64,000 bases of DNA from contig NC_045138.2 in NCBI RefSeq assembly GCF_008831285.2, positions 868,001-932,000 on the forward strand, given 5' to 3'. Positions 13,824 to 27,500 of this stretch are shown here, piece after piece. The DNA comes from Nymphaea colorata. Taxonomy: Eukaryota. The notes under the pieces were generated by a model, which saw only the letters and a list, made by a program, of their open reading frames with translations, did no database searches and had not been told where the DNA came from. Every line of letters starts with the position of its first letter. The stretch's first letter is position 1. Both the position numbers and the translations under genes were made by a program.

Positions 13824-15056
13824 CTAGCAGTCGATGTACTGCCCTGGGTCTACGCCGAACTGCTGGCAGAACCGCTGGTAGAAGCTGACCCTCGACTGTA
13901 CTGCTCCTGGATTCCCTCCGTTGCACTCAATACTGTTAATGGCTCTGATGGTGGAGCCAAAGCCACCATCTGCGGTGATCCCTCGGTGGCAGTTGCTGTT
14001 TAACATCCAGAACCACACTGCTGTCTTGAAAGATATGTCTTTATCCTGAGCCACGATCTCCGGGTTGTTCAAGCCGTCGAAGCCAATGGCCTGCCCTGCT
14101 GCACCATAGTTGAAGTTCCTGTGTGTGTATCGGTAAAAGTAAGAGAGATATCTAGAGAAAGAGAATGAAAGATTTTCAATGTGGTTGTTTTGGTGGCATT
14201 TTATACAAAGAAATAAAAAGGTCATATGATTGTCGGCTTAATTTCTCTTAATTTCGGTTACCATGGTTTATGGTTTCAAGGGATTAACACCCATGAAAAT
14301 TTAATTTCTTTCAAACTTAATTCATGTTTTAATTAGATCTCAAGGAAAATGATAAATAAAAAAAAGAAGCACAGTCGTCTTTTTGAGAAGGAAATTTGGG
14401 TGGGGGGGCGAGAGGGGCCCGAGGGGAGCACCAGTGATAAGGCCAAAATGATGCTAGGAAATCATCCATATCTTAACGTATGAGAAATGAACGTATGAGA
14501 AATGAATATGTAAATGATTGTTACCATGATAGCTGTAACGGTCCTCTGCCATAGTAACTTTTGCCTGGAGCACAAGGATATTGCGGGTACCCTTGATTGC
14601 AGTGGACGGAAGGATCTAATGTTTCGCTTATCTTGCAGAAGCCTACAGTTTTCATATTGTCAAAAAAACATATTAAAGACTTTCACGTCATGAGTACCAA
14701 CTGCTTCTATAATTTAAAATGCAAAGTGAGAAAAAATTCTGCATAGTTGATTACTGCCACATAAGAGAGCTAGTTGCTGACATACTTCCTGTTTCATGCA
14801 TGGCATTAGCAAGGAAAGCAGCCATCTCCCTCTTTTGAACGTCGGTGCCACCGGTGGTGCCGAAGCCGTCGTAACTTTCCGCGGCCGATATGAATGAATC
14901 ATAGTTGTAGAAGCCTTTTCCCTCACAACCATCTGGAGGAAGGAGGCTATTGAAGAAATCAGAAGTGATAATCGTCCTTGGAGTGTCCTGCGCCAAGCCC
15001 ACTTCGAGGGCAAGAGCTACAAGAACAAACCCAAGGAACTGTGTGTAGCTATCCAT
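13824..15056 (-). CDS. G2: secreted GH19 class IV-like chitinase (227 aa), exon-2 subtype B
   Basis: Exons 15056-14786, 14642-14525, 14118-13824; GT-AG; intact frame. Exon 2 = [44 protein letters not shown] at 15119-15112. Confidence 0.94.
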
Positions 15057-16089
15057 GATTCTGATTATGATCACTTCGCTTGTTATGTCCAGCTTCGTGC
15101 ATTCTATCTGCTATTTATAAGCACCAAGTCAATGAGCACAAAGACCTGCGGGATCGATGTTTAACGTTTCAGGCAGACGACTGATGGAGTCTTTGATCTT
15201 ATTAAACTAATGATAGCTTGGAAAGATCGATGCTCCTTCCCTTCATTTTCCAGCCATTGGGGCCACCATATTTTTCAGATTTTTTATTAAGAAAGGCTGC
15301 TTATTGGTGTAAATGACCAAAATACCCCCATTGGTAAAGAGAAAGAATCTCCTCTTACCAGGACAAAAATGGAAACTGTAAAATTACTTTTGAAAAAGAC
15401 AAAGTAGCAGTTTTAAACTGTAAAATTACTTTTGCTGGAGTTGAAAAGTTTTCATTACATCGGCCGAACTACAGTTTTAAAATTTTAATCCGGGTTGATA
15501 TATAATTTTTCATTTTTTTTACATAGATTAAAGTAAAATATTTAAAATTTACCTATAAAATTAATATTTAAAATTTACATGTAAAATTAATATTAAGTTG
15601 ATTCACAGCTTGGACAGTATTTGTTGAGAACCATCCATCACGGCGAGCAATGGTACTCCGAATCTTGGACCATTTCTATGAGGAAATATATCAACTTAAT
15701 TAATTGTCTCGGAAGGTCATTGTTTACTATATGATTCTGCATTTTTAGGCGACAACAATCTTTATTTGTGGATTTGGTAGAAATCATCTCAACTTAACTG
15801 ACTTGAACAATAACTGCTTAATATATATTTGTGCATTCATACAATTGGTGTCACCATCTAATAATTGTTGATGAAGTAAATATGACATTAGACGTTTAGC
15901 GTTTTCGAAGGTGGTAGACTTTTTTGGGTCTTCCTCCTAAATCTCAACGCCATTTTTTAATGATAACATATAGAGTTTGTTTGAGTGCCTTGAAGGGTTT
16001 AACAGATTTAGTGGGACTGATGGGTTGGTGAGAGGTCAGTCATTATTTTGATTCCTATAAGCACTATTGTTCTTGACTACAAAATGTGG

Positions 16090-16650
16090 GTGTGCAACTC
16101 TAATTAATGGGTGCACCGTGGGTCCAACCGGATTCTGGTTTCGATGGTGAGGGGAGGGGAGTTGCCTCTTGCAATCAACAAGAGTATGTTTGAGGAGTAA
16201 GTACAATAATGATAAAAAGCATCCCCAAAGGACATAACATAACTGGCCTGACTGATGGGTTAAGGTCTAGTTGTTAGTTTGATTCACATAACTCTAATTG
16301 ATGAGTGCATCATAGGTCCAGCCAGGTTCCGGTATCGATGGTGAAGGGAAGGGGATTGCTTCTTGCAATCAACAAGAGTGTTTGAAGAGTAAGTACAATA
16401 AGGATAGAAAGCATCTCCAAAGGGTGTAATATAACTGGCCTGATGGGTCAAGGTCTAGTTGTTAGTTTGATTCACATTACTCTAATTGATGAATGCATCA
16501 TGGGTCCAACTGGATTATGGTATATATGGTGAGGGGAGGGAGGTTGCCTCTCGCAATCAACAAAAGTATGTTTGAGGAGTAAGTACAATAATGATAGAAA
16601 GCATCTCCAAAAGGAATCAAGGTCTAGCTGTTAGTTTGATTCACATATGT
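16090..16650. repeat. Tandem repeat, ~190-bp unit x3
   Basis: Recurring ctctaatt(g/a)atg...gcaatcaacaa...agtaagtacaata...gcatc(t/c)ccaaa...ggtctag...gtttgattcacat. Confidence 0.82.
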
Positions 16651-17524
16651 GTTACTTTTGTGAACTACAAATGGTGGATGCATTACACTATTTGACATAT
16701 GTTCTTTACTTCTCATCAAAGTTCTAAAGTAGCCTTGGATCTCGGAGTGGGAAGAAGGGATCCAGTTTAAGGACACAAAATGCAACTGATTTCTAAGAGA
16801 TTTGCTTGACTTAATAGAATTATTTGGGGTGAAGATTAAATTGAAGAGGTAGAAGATAGCTACCGGCTTCTCAAATTCAATTGAAAAGTGGCAAGATTTC
16901 AAAGTTTCGATATAAATCTCACGGACGGTTTTATATATGTGATAGCATGATCTTATTGTTGCTTTTGGCCATAAAAGTCATCAGACCTAGTGCTCTCATT
17001 GATGAGCTGTTATATATACAAACATTAAACGCTTAAGGTGGATTAATTATTTGTATTGTTGCACTTGTAAGTTATTGCAATCTAGTTATCCTTAATTTAT
17101 ACAAAAACAAAAAAACAAACACACACACTCTCATCAAGACTTATAAAATTATTATGCATAACTTTTTCATGTATATGTATGTATATATATATATAGGGGG
17201 GAGAGAGAGAGAGAGACCAGTAAATATTAGATCACTTTGATAAGGGTAAAAAATTAGGCCCGTTAAAGGAATTATTAATTTTTCTATTTTTATTAAGTTG
17301 ACGTCATAGATATGACTTTAAGAATGATTTGATCAGGAACATTTGTTGAGTTAGTCATTTTTTTTTCTTTAATAATGTTTTCTAATATTGAAAAAAAGAA
17401 CAAGCGCTCTTATACCATTAAAATCGTGATGATAGAAAAGCAAATTTTTTTACTAAAATAACTTTAACCAAGGTATGATTTATCTTAAATTAGTGTTTAC
17501 GAGAGAGACGACCCCACTTGGGCA

Positions 17525-17775
17525 GAGAGTTAGGATAATCTAACTCTCATGAAAATAATTGTTTATTACCTGGTATTTGAGATTTAGGATTATATAACTC
17601 TCTTGCAGTAATTGTGTATAACCTGGTGAGTTAGGATTATCTAACTCTCCTGTTGTAATTGTGTATAACCTGGTGTTTGAACATTGAAATTTAGGATTAT
17701 CTAACTCTCCTGCAATAATTGTGTATAACCTGATGTTGGAACATTGAGATTTAGGATTATCTAACTCTCCTGCAT
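17525..17775. repeat. Minisatellite, 47-60-bp unit x5, with palindromic core
   Basis: TTAGGAT(T/A)AT(C/A)TAACTCTC recurs at ~17530, 17584, 17631, 17691 and 17751. Confidence 0.85.
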
Positions 17776-17814
17776 TAAATTTTAATGGCCAATTGGCTCA
17801 GTTCTAACTCTCCT

Positions 17815-18545
17815 TCAAAGCACTCGCTTTTCAGTGCTCATGACGTATGGTGAGCAAACGAAGAAGGTTCAGACCTATGCTTCTTTATAACGGCTTTTCC
17901 TTTCCCGTCTCGATCTGTTCCCGGTCCTAGTGATCCGTGGACGTACCCCTTCGCGAGCGAGAACAAATCTCAGATAGAGAACGATGATTCTCGTATAGAA
18001 AGAAAGCGCTAGTTGAGTTTCGTCTTTCGAGCGATTTGGATTGGCCTTGTGTGATGCCTCGTTTGAGTTCATGCTTGGGAAGTTTTTCATATGTCCGTTG
18101 AGGTCCACTTCAACTTCACCGTCCCTTTCTTTGTCTTTCTCATGCCTCACGCCTAAAAGCCCCCCTTTCCGCTGTTTGCCATTCCGAAGTCTAAGAAGAA
18201 GTTGACAGTTGATTTGTTGGTGGTCAGTGAGCCGCTCCAGCCGCCTTTCAGACACTGGGGATTGTGAATGAGCTTCATGCTCTGGCTCATCGTGAGACCT
18301 TGATTCCGGGGAAGGTGGTGAAAGTCTCCAAAAAGGGGCAGGAAAGAGGTTTTGATATCAGTCTTTTGGTCGGGTAGCAAGCTAGCCACCAGCAAGCAAG
18401 CTAGCTAGCTAAGGAAAGAAAGCAATAGGCGCCAGAACGCTACATACGCTCAGATAGCAGAATGCACACTGTGAAGAAAGCTCCTACCCCGCTGACCACC
18501 CACACCCTCCCACTTCCCAGCCCCTAGCGCTGTTGCTTAAAGTAA
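17815..18545. other. Possible organelle-derived (mitochondrial-like) insertion
   Basis: Unique in the window, visibly higher in GC and CpG than its surroundings, with purine-run/AGCT-rich texture (agcaagcaagctagctagctaaggaaagaaagc). Judged on composition only. Confidence 0.4.
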
Positions 18546-18770
18546 TTTTGGAAACAAACTTATGATATGGTTTTTGCCTCTTAAGTGGTCTGGTATTTAT
18601 CAAGCTGCCTCTAAGTTCAACATGTTTGTTGACGCCAGACAAGTGGACATGTTGTCTCTATGTCCAGAAAATACGTGTTTGACGGCACTTGTTACAACTG
18701 GTTCACTGGACAAGAGCTTGATGTATGACACAGATTCCAGCAATAACGTGCCACATAAGGCAGAGTTAGG

Positions 18771-18896
18771 AATTTTTTGTTAAGAAAGTTGAACTCTAGT
18801 TTTGAAATTATAAATTTTTTGTTAAGAATGTTGAACTCTAGTTTTGAAATTATAAATTTTTTGTTAAGAATGTTGAACTCTAGTTTAGAAATTATA
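18771..18896. repeat. Tandem repeat 42 bp x3
   Basis: Unit aattttttgttaagaatgttgaactctagttttgaaattata. Confidence 0.88.
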
Positions 18897-20889
18897 ACAG
18901 AGACCGAAATATAACCTTTCTAAAACGGCGAGCGCTGGTTGCATCCATGGGAATATAGGAAATGACCATAATGCGTTTGGACTGTCAAAGTGAAAGCCCC
19001 ACGACAAGAGCAAAAGATGAAAAGTGAAAAATGTGAAATTTTGGAGATATCAAATTCTTTTTTCAAAAGATAACTAGCATGACTGATATATATATATATA
19101 TATATCGGATTAGAGGGGATCGTGCAAATAGGAAAAGAAGGAGTTGGGGTGATCTCAAAATTTTTGATAAAGACATGTAGACTTTTAACATTTTTTATCT
19201 AAAAAAAAAGGTCTTGCTTTTACTTCAACCGAGCTATTTTGGTTAATAAAAAAAATACACCCAATTCCATAGAAAAACAAAACTTTTTATAAAGACAAAA
19301 ATGGAAAATAAAAAAAAGTAAAAAAAACATTCCTTTTTAAAAAATTACAAAAAATATCGCTCTGCTCTTGTTGCACGTGCAGTCAAGAAGGCAGGCAATT
19401 GTCCAGTTATGGATTAATTGGCACAAACCATTTGATTCTGTCAACGACTTCAAATGCGCTTCCTGATCAGCACCTCTGCCGCTGGTTGGCCTTTTGCCTC
19501 GGTTGTCTCCGACCTCTCGTTAATATGACAATCAGAGAATGTCCTCAGTGTAGACCAGCCATAGTTACCCCATTCATGTTGACTCCCAAACAATGGCGGA
19601 GTGAAGGGGGCTGGTGTGCTCAATTCTTTGGAAAAATTCAAAATTATATTGTGTTGACTTAAAAATTAAGTGAAGCGCCCAAATCAGACCTGAAACAGTG
19701 CTCATTCTTTTAAGCTAGAGATCGGTTAGTGCTCCCCACCAAAATTTTCTGGTTCAACTTGTTCCTACCGCTGGTGCTCAAAGCACCCAAGACCATAAAA
19801 AGACAGTGGCGGCCCCATCCCAAATTGCTTGTGTGAAAGGAAAGGTTAGTCCTTGGGAAAAAGGGCCGCTAGCTATGTCACCGTGGTACGCCAGACCCAC
19901 CCACATACCCGTACCGGTATGTCAATACGTGGTGGTACGTTTGGATCTAGTTTTTGAAACTAGATCCAAGAAAAAAAAAGGAAAACTTAAAACACTAAAT
20001 GGCTCGTCTCCTCCCTCTCTGCCTCTGAGTTTCTTCATTTGGTGATGACCACCGGTGGATGGTGACGGGAGACCGGTGGACGGCGACCGCGATGGAGGCA
20101 ATGAGGCGATGAACGGATCAGTGGACGGCGACGGAGGCAAAGAATCCCTAAGAGAATTCGGTCAATCGGTTGAGATTCTTGTTTGTTTCTATTTGTTTGA
20201 ATCTTTAATTATAATTATTTCTGTTGCTTTTGGCGTACTGGAAGCCATGAATCATGGGTTGGTTTGACTAGAGAGAAGCTGAGTTGTTTTATTAAAAACT
20301 GCTGCTTTGTTTTATTAATGTTTGGTTTTGGGGTTATTCACTGTTTCGGCTATTTTTCTTGTGCCCTCTTTTGTTAGAAACAAGTCAAACTAGTGATGTT
20401 GCTGAGGAACTTGGGTTCAAGTCTTGGAAAGAGTTTTCTTGTGCCCTCCGTACTCCTCTGTGAGTGCTTCTCCCAACTCCTTATTGATTCTCTTGTTCTT
20501 TGCTCTAATAAGAATGGATATAATACGGCTGGAATATAGGCTGGTGCATCCAGCAACAAAATTTTTATTTATTTATACATAAACTTTTTATAATTATTTA
20601 TTTATTTATATATATACTAACTCTTCCCAACGTCTATATCTTGTCTTGAAATTTTGATAAGATAAAATGTTCAGTTTTCTTGTTCGAACCTTGGTTGGGA
20701 TCTGAATGGTTTACTGGGTGTGGGTGGGTGCTCTGGTGAACTCCAGAATTTGCTGTCTCATGTTTTGTATGGGTAATTTAACTAACTACACGCAGCCAAT
20801 TGAAGGTTTTTGCCGATTTTTACAGGCCAAGACTAGTTGAACAGATTCATGGAGAAAATGCAAAGCCAATCAAGATAGTCCAAAGAACC

Positions 20890-20946
<57 letters not shown>

Positions 20947-21115
20947 ACATTTAGTTTTTATCGTCCCATTCAACATGATGGACAATTAAAAGAAACATAA
21001 AAAAAAAATTCATTATCTAATATTAGTTTACACCTTTTTCTTCTTGTTTTTTTTATTAACCTTTTATATTTGCTTCTAAGTAGATAGCCTTTGTGATGGC
21101 TGGGTAGCTTTATCA

Positions 21116-21171
<56 letters not shown>

Positions 21172-21682
21172 GGTGTAAAAGAACAGGGTGGAGGTTGGTA
21201 GAAGTCAGTTTCTATTTTGAGTATGTAACACCATCTCAAAGGGTGAAATACTTCTCAGGTTCCAACAAATGGTGGTTACATGCAAAGGCTTTCAGATCAA
21301 CCTCATACAGGTGCAGAGGCAAGTGTGCTACTGTGTGGGCAACTGCCCTTATATGCCAAAAAAAGAAAAAGAAAAACTTATTTTCATATTAATATTTTAA
21401 GATAGTATTTTTAGTTTACACACTGGGTGCCTCTTGAATTAAAATTTAAAACCTTTAAACTAGTGGCCCCTTACCCAGAACATTCTGGTTCCACCCGTGA
21501 TTACATATGATCAAAAGAGAGAGAAAGGGAAGGGGAGAGAGCATGCAGGAAACTTCACTTTTACTGATCTCAATGTCAATAACATCTTATTTATCTGAGT
21601 ACAAGCATATTAGTAGAGGTATATATCCAATAGCACGATGGATCAAGGGCAACGTTGGCATGCAGGAGGGCGGTGGCAAATT

Positions 21683-23382
21683 CTAGCAGTAGAGGTTCTG
21701 GCCTGGGTCTACCCCGAACTGCTGGCAGAACCTCTGGTAGAAGTTGATCCTCGACTGTACTGTTGCTGGATTTCCTCCACCGCACTCACCACTGTTAATG
21801 GCTCTGATGGTGGAGCCAAAGCCACTACCTGTTGTGATCCCTTGGTGGCAGTTGCTGTTGGACATCCAGAACCACACTGCAGTCTTGAAAGATATGTTTG
21901 CGTCCTGGGCCACGATCTCTGGGTTGTTCAAGCCATCAAAACCAATGGCCTGCCCAGCTGCACCATAGTTGAAGTTCCTACGCGTGTAGGCATATCCATG
22001 TCCCAAAGTAAGAATGATGGTCAAGTAACAACATGCATAATATTTGTCATTATTTCGATTTGTATGATTACTACTCACGATACTCAAGAACCGAACCTGA
22101 TCCCGATGTAACTCTGGACCTTGGGGTGTGGAGGGAAGGGAGGAGGGCTTCTGCCCTCCTTCCAGCTCTTACTCACCTCAAAAAAAAAATTTGTGCAGAG
22201 AGAGGGAGATTGATTATCAATACTATTGTTTTAAGTTATGGTAAACAACGAGGTCGACTTGTGAATGAGTTCAAGCCGAGTCATTTGCTTATCGAGTCGA
22301 GTTTGAGTTCGTGAGTCGACTCATAAATAATCAAGTAGAGTTCAAGTTTACTGAACTCGAACTGTTAAAGCTTTACTTGGCTTGAAAATGAAAAAACTAG
22401 TATGCTGACGCTAATTAATTGTGTATGTTTTTACAAAGCTCCTTCAAGTTTGTTGAGCTTTAATCGAGTCGAGCTCGAGCTCAACACGTAACTGCTAATT
22501 CGAAATCGAGCTGCTTCTGTCGAGCTATTCTCGAGCTTGAGCCGAGCTCGAGGTTTCATTAGTCGAGCAGAAATAGAGCTAGCTGAACTCGGACTCAACT
22601 TGGCTGGTGTTCACCCCTAGTTAACAGTACTGTTTTCTTTGCTTTTTATTCTTTAACTGGACCTATGTTAACAGTAGGATGGAAGAGTAAGAACCACAGT
22701 GCAGACTTTAAAATGGAATTTTTTTAAAAAAGAAAGGGCGCCAATCATCGATGAGACAGAAATCATGCTGTTTTCCCTTTAAATGCTAGAGTAAAGGTAT
22801 AGGGAGTCAATATGTAAATGATTGTTACCATGATAGCTGAAGTGGTCCTCTGCCGAAGTAACTTTTCCCTGGAGCACAAGGATATTGCGAGACGCTTTGA
22901 TCACAGAAGATGCTGCCTGGGTTTTGTTCGTTTATGTAGCAGAAGCCTTCAGTTTGTTCATATTGTCAAAATAAACATATTAGCGACTTCAATTCATGAG
23001 TGCCAACAGCAATGAATAATTCAAAATGCAAAGAGAACCACTAAACTAGAAACATTATCTATATGCATGGAAGTAGTTTCTGCCACAAAACAGCTATCTC
23101 GAGGGACATACTTCCTGTTTCATGCATGACATTAGCAAGGAAAGCAGCTAACTCCCTCTTTTGAACATCGGTGCCGCCGGTGGTGCCGAAGCCGTTGAAA
23201 CTTTCTGCTGCGGATATGAAGGAATCATAGTTATAGAAGCCTTTTCCCTCACAACCATCTTGAGGAAGGAGGGTATTGAAGAAATCAGAAGTGACAATCG
23301 TCCTTGGAGTGTCCTGGGCCAAGCCCACTTCCAGAACAAGAGCTACAAGAACAAACCCAAGAAACTGTGTGCAGCACTTCAT
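21683..23382 (-). CDS. G3: secreted GH19 class IV-like chitinase (227 aa), subtype A
   Basis: Exons 23382-23112, 22946-22829, 21977-21683; intact frame. Intron-1 acceptor is AAG. Intron 2 is enlarged by a MITE. TATA at 23445-23438. Confidence 0.92.
22236..22619 (-). mobile_element. Second copy of the same hAT-type MITE, inverted, in G3 intron 2
   Basis: Ends with TGTTCACCCCTA; the left TIR is degenerate (TTATGGTAAACA). Reverse-complement similarity to 24114-24582. Absent from intron 2 of G1, G7 and G8. Confidence 0.75.
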
Positions 23383-24031
23383 GGTTCTGATTATGATCAC
23401 TTCTCCTGTTGTGCCCAGCCTGGTGCATTCTATCAGGTATTTATAGGCACCAAGTCAGTGATCACACTAGCAGAGTCTTTGAACTTATCAATTGAGGGTG
23501 CAGAGTCGGTCTTCAGTGTAGCTTTGAAAGCTCCATTTGCCTTCCCCTTCAATTTCCTGCCACTACTTCTACATTGACCAGTCTTTTCATTTGCGGAATT
23601 TTTGCACTGGCCTTTTCTTTTTGCTTGAGTCCTCATTAGGGGTCTCATATTTTTGGTTTTCTTGATACTGGCCTTTATCTTGTTGACGAATAATACAAAG
23701 ACGTGATCTCCACTTGAATCATGTCATAATTGAGTGCTTTTCATGCTGTTCTTTAAATAGGAGGCTTTCTTAATCTGAGGTCTGAAGTACGATTGTGTGT
23801 TATATTACATTAAAGAACATATTTTTGTTTTAATCGGATCGAGCCTCAGGCCTGGGCAGACGTGCTCGAGTTGCAATGAACCCAAAACCGATTTCTTGTG
23901 GAGCCACACCGATGGCCAGTCCTACTAACAATGCATGAAAGACACATTTTTCAATATTATTTTTTAAGTAGAAAATTATTTTTTTTGTTTACACTGGAGA
24001 AAAATGATAGTATCATGTAGTTCATGTCAGC

Positions 24032-24081
<50 letters not shown>

Positions 24082-24113
24082 TAAATGCAATAAAAAAAGT
24101 TGGCCTTTATAAC

Positions 24114-24582
24114 TAGGGATGAACATGAGAGAGTCAAGCCCAAGTTCAGTTAGCTAGAACTAGGCTCAACTAATGAAACCTCTAGCTCGACTCGTTTCGA
24201 GCTCGAAAATTGCTCGACGAAAGCAGCTCGAGCTCGACTCGACAGTTATGTGTTGAACTCGAGCTCGACTCGATTCAGACACGACAAACTCGTTTGAATA
24301 GAATTAATATTCATTGTTACTTGTTGAGCTCAAACTCGACTCGATTAAAGCTCGACAAACTCATTAGAATAGAATTGATATTCAGCGTTACATGAGGAGC
24401 TCGAACTCGACTCGATTAAGACTCTACAAACTCGATTAAGGCTTGAGCTCGACTCGGCAGTTACGTGTTGAGATCGAACTCAACTTGATTATTTGAACGA
24501 ATCGACTCATGAATTGGAGATTAACTCGTTAAGCAAATGACTCTCGAATTCGTTCAAGAGTAGAGCTCGTTGTTCACCCCAA
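24114..24582 (+). mobile_element. hAT-type MITE rich in CTCGAGCTCGACTCG motifs
   Basis: TIRs TAGGGATGAACA ... TGTTCACCCCAA; 8-bp TSD TTTATAAC / TTTGTAAC (1 mismatch). The paralogous empty site is near 7321-7340. Confidence 0.8.
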
Positions 24583-27500
24583 TTTGTAACCTTGGAGCCT
24601 TCCTCCAAGAAATTCAGTTAAAAGGCGAATCCCTAGAGGAATAAATTTGCATTTATTTTCATGCCTGTCCTGTTGCTAGAGCATTGTTGCTAATTCCACA
24701 TGTTATAATCAAGTCAAGGATACAAGCATTTTGATTGTCAAAGGCAAGGGCACACAGAAATTTTCTCTGGGAGGGCCAAATTATTATTTCAAAATTTTAA
24801 CTGGAGTTGAAAATAACTTGCTAAGTTATTATATAGGATAATTGAATTTTTTAAAATTCACATATAAATCTAAAAAAATATTGGGAAAGGATGGGGCGGC
24901 GCAATGGCCTATGCCAGCCCCGACTCCGTCCTTAGTCACACGGGCCATCATATTTTTCAAAATATTTACATAAGCCAAAACAAGATTTTAAAAATGTTAG
25001 TAAGTTAAATGAGTTGGACAAGTATTTCATCCTACCACTCAACAAAAAGGCTGAAGTCTCTCACCCTTCTCTCATTCCCTCAGAATAGCACTCAACTTGC
25101 TTCAACTTGCATATTGGTGTCACACTTGCAATATAAAAAGTTCACGCTTTAGAGTTTCATAATGAAAACTGACCACTTACCAACTTCACACCATCTATTA
25201 GGCACAAAACCCACACCATCTATTAGGCACAAAATGTTAACATATGAATTTATAGATTTTGAAATCTGGGGACCGGTCAAGGCCCTGGCTCGTTCTCACC
25301 CTTGAAAGAACACTTGTTTGTTCTGTCCATGCTAGTCAAACAACCAATCAAGGTCAAGCCGCCCCTATATGACCAGCAAGCAATTCCAGCATTCTTTGGG
25401 GTCGCCATTGTGAACTTCAATCTTGATAAAGTAGAATAAATGACAAACCACTATATAACTTTCAAAAAAACTAAAAAATAGGTGCTGTTAAAAAAATTGC
25501 TTATTAATAGAAAAAACTTAAAATTTCACATAAACGACAAAATACCTCTCCTAAAAGAACCGATTCTCCCTTGACCAATGAATGATACTTCTGGTCTTTA
25601 AGAAGGATGTTTTTTATTGTTTTCTATTAAATATTTAATTTCCATTGGTGGGGAACTTAGTTCCTCCAAAAGTTGTATGCTTATTTTTTAACATTTAAAA
25701 GTTGAGTAGCGATTCGTCATTTAATTTCTTAAACAGTATAAGGCATACACATTTTTATTGCTTTTCAGTAGACATGATCACTTAGAGAATTTATTTCAAG
25801 AATTGGGTGCATATCAGTTAATTTTCAAAAGTTGGGAAGTGATTTGTTACTTGCCTAAACATTCGGGGCTTTTTGTAAAAAAAAAACTTTTTAATAATCT
25901 GAAGCATTTTAAGAACCATATCCAATTCCACAAACATTTTGAATTCGTGAGTCTTAGTCTTTGTAGATGGAGTGTAGTTCACGTTGCTCACGTTTTGATT
26001 ATACAAGAGCCATCCATCCTTGTGGATGAACGGCGAGCGGTGGTCCGATTGTTGGACCATTTCTATGCGCAACAATGTGACATGTGATATGGGAAGAAAT
26101 TTTATCAACTTATCCGGAAGTCACTGTTGCCTAATATTAATTTTCTCAATGCTCCAAATATGGGACCATTTTTTTCTTGACTGAGACATTTGTTTTTTGC
26201 GGATGGGAAAAAACTGTCTCAACTTTGAATTGTTGATGAAAAGATGATGGGGAAGAAACAGCCCCGTCTGTCCCAGAAACATATAACTATTAAATTGATG
26301 ATTTTTGTCTCCTTTCTCCTTTGATAGATATTTCAGTCTCTTGAAAATACAAATAAATTTTCATTTTTTCTGCTTAATTCTTTACTATGTGATCTTCTTA
26401 AAATTAATGGCCAATTGTGTCATCAAGAGACCAAAATGCCCCTCAATGGAGGAAAAAAAAAGAGTTTCGTAAATTGATTTTTTTTGTCTCATTTGAGAGA
26501 TATTTAAAGTACAAATAAATTTTCCCTTTTTTCAATTTAATCTTCACTGCATGATCTTAAACTTAATGACCCAGCAGACCCCACCAAGTCTAGCATATTA
26601 AGGTCCAGTATCTACCTGTTTTCTTTTATATGTAGAGGCTTTATTGATGCAAGCCTTGATTTTGCTGACAATTTACCAATTGATGAAGAGGCCTCTCTTC
26701 AATATCATGCATGTCATGAAGAAATAATAAGTAAAAGTTTATGTTTTTAATTTAAAGTGGACATTGAGAGGCATTTGATAACCTCATGTCAATTGTCTGA
26801 AGTAGGACATTAGATTTTAGGCTTTCAGATCCTTGATTTCTAATAAGGATAGTTCAAAATTGTTTGTCAAAGATGCACAAATTAAACTTAGTATAAATTT
26901 GTAAATCATTTATCCTGTGGATCTCGTATGCCTGGCCACTTTCTCCTCCCTCCTTTGATTTGACTTCCATACATTTTGAAGCATAATGAAGATCTTAAAT
27001 CCAAATTTTAAAGTTAGTTAGAATTTAATGTCATCAGGCCCACGAAAATTAAGCATTCATAGTTCTAAGACTTGGGCTCGATAACCAAGTGTTCATTAAG
27101 TTAAAATATACTTGTCATCTTTCAACAAAAAAAAGAGATAGAATATAAGCAACATGTAAAATTATGTCATATCGAAACATGTAAAATTATTTTACACCTT
27201 TGAATGTTATTTTTAAGTTGAAAATTATTTGTTTCTATTGCTCACACCAGACAAAGGATCACCATTCAGCTTAAATTATCGGTTAACTATAGATATGTTT
27301 TGGGCAATATAAGTGTTCGTTTATAAGTGAATAATCTACTGTTCATCTAATTTCTAAACAAAAACAGATGTAGAATATATAAGTAACATAATCAGCAGCT
27401 AGCCCCACTCATTAATTTTTGGTTCTTTTATACAAGTCTAATATTTACTATTGAGGCCGATTTCCATGTTACGGGCTTTTCACGAAAGAATGTGAAATGA

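Noticed and set aside
17525..17775. CRISPR-like array (palindromic repeat at regular spacing)
   Set aside because: The intervening sequences are copies of each other rather than unique spacers, there are no cas genes, and the context is eukaryotic. The same applies to 18771-18896 and 39663-39806.
17875..18395. 126-aa and 80-aa ORFs in the CpG-rich insert as genes
   Set aside because: No recognisable domain or gene structure; ORFs of this size are expected by chance at this GC content.
19880..20640. Possible captured gene fragment in a CGTACC-rich element
   Set aside because: I could not define TIRs, a TSD or any protein similarity by eye.
20800..21239. ORFs with IYIYIY/RERERE runs (also 61795-62158)
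   Set aside because: Translations of (AT)n/(AG)n microsatellites.
21638..22111. Plus-strand ORFs antisense to chitinase exons (also 13734-14003, 43096-43560, 50055-50456, 52733-53134, 23161-23577)
   Set aside because: Shadows of GC-rich coding exons; start, length and frame integrity differ among paralogues.
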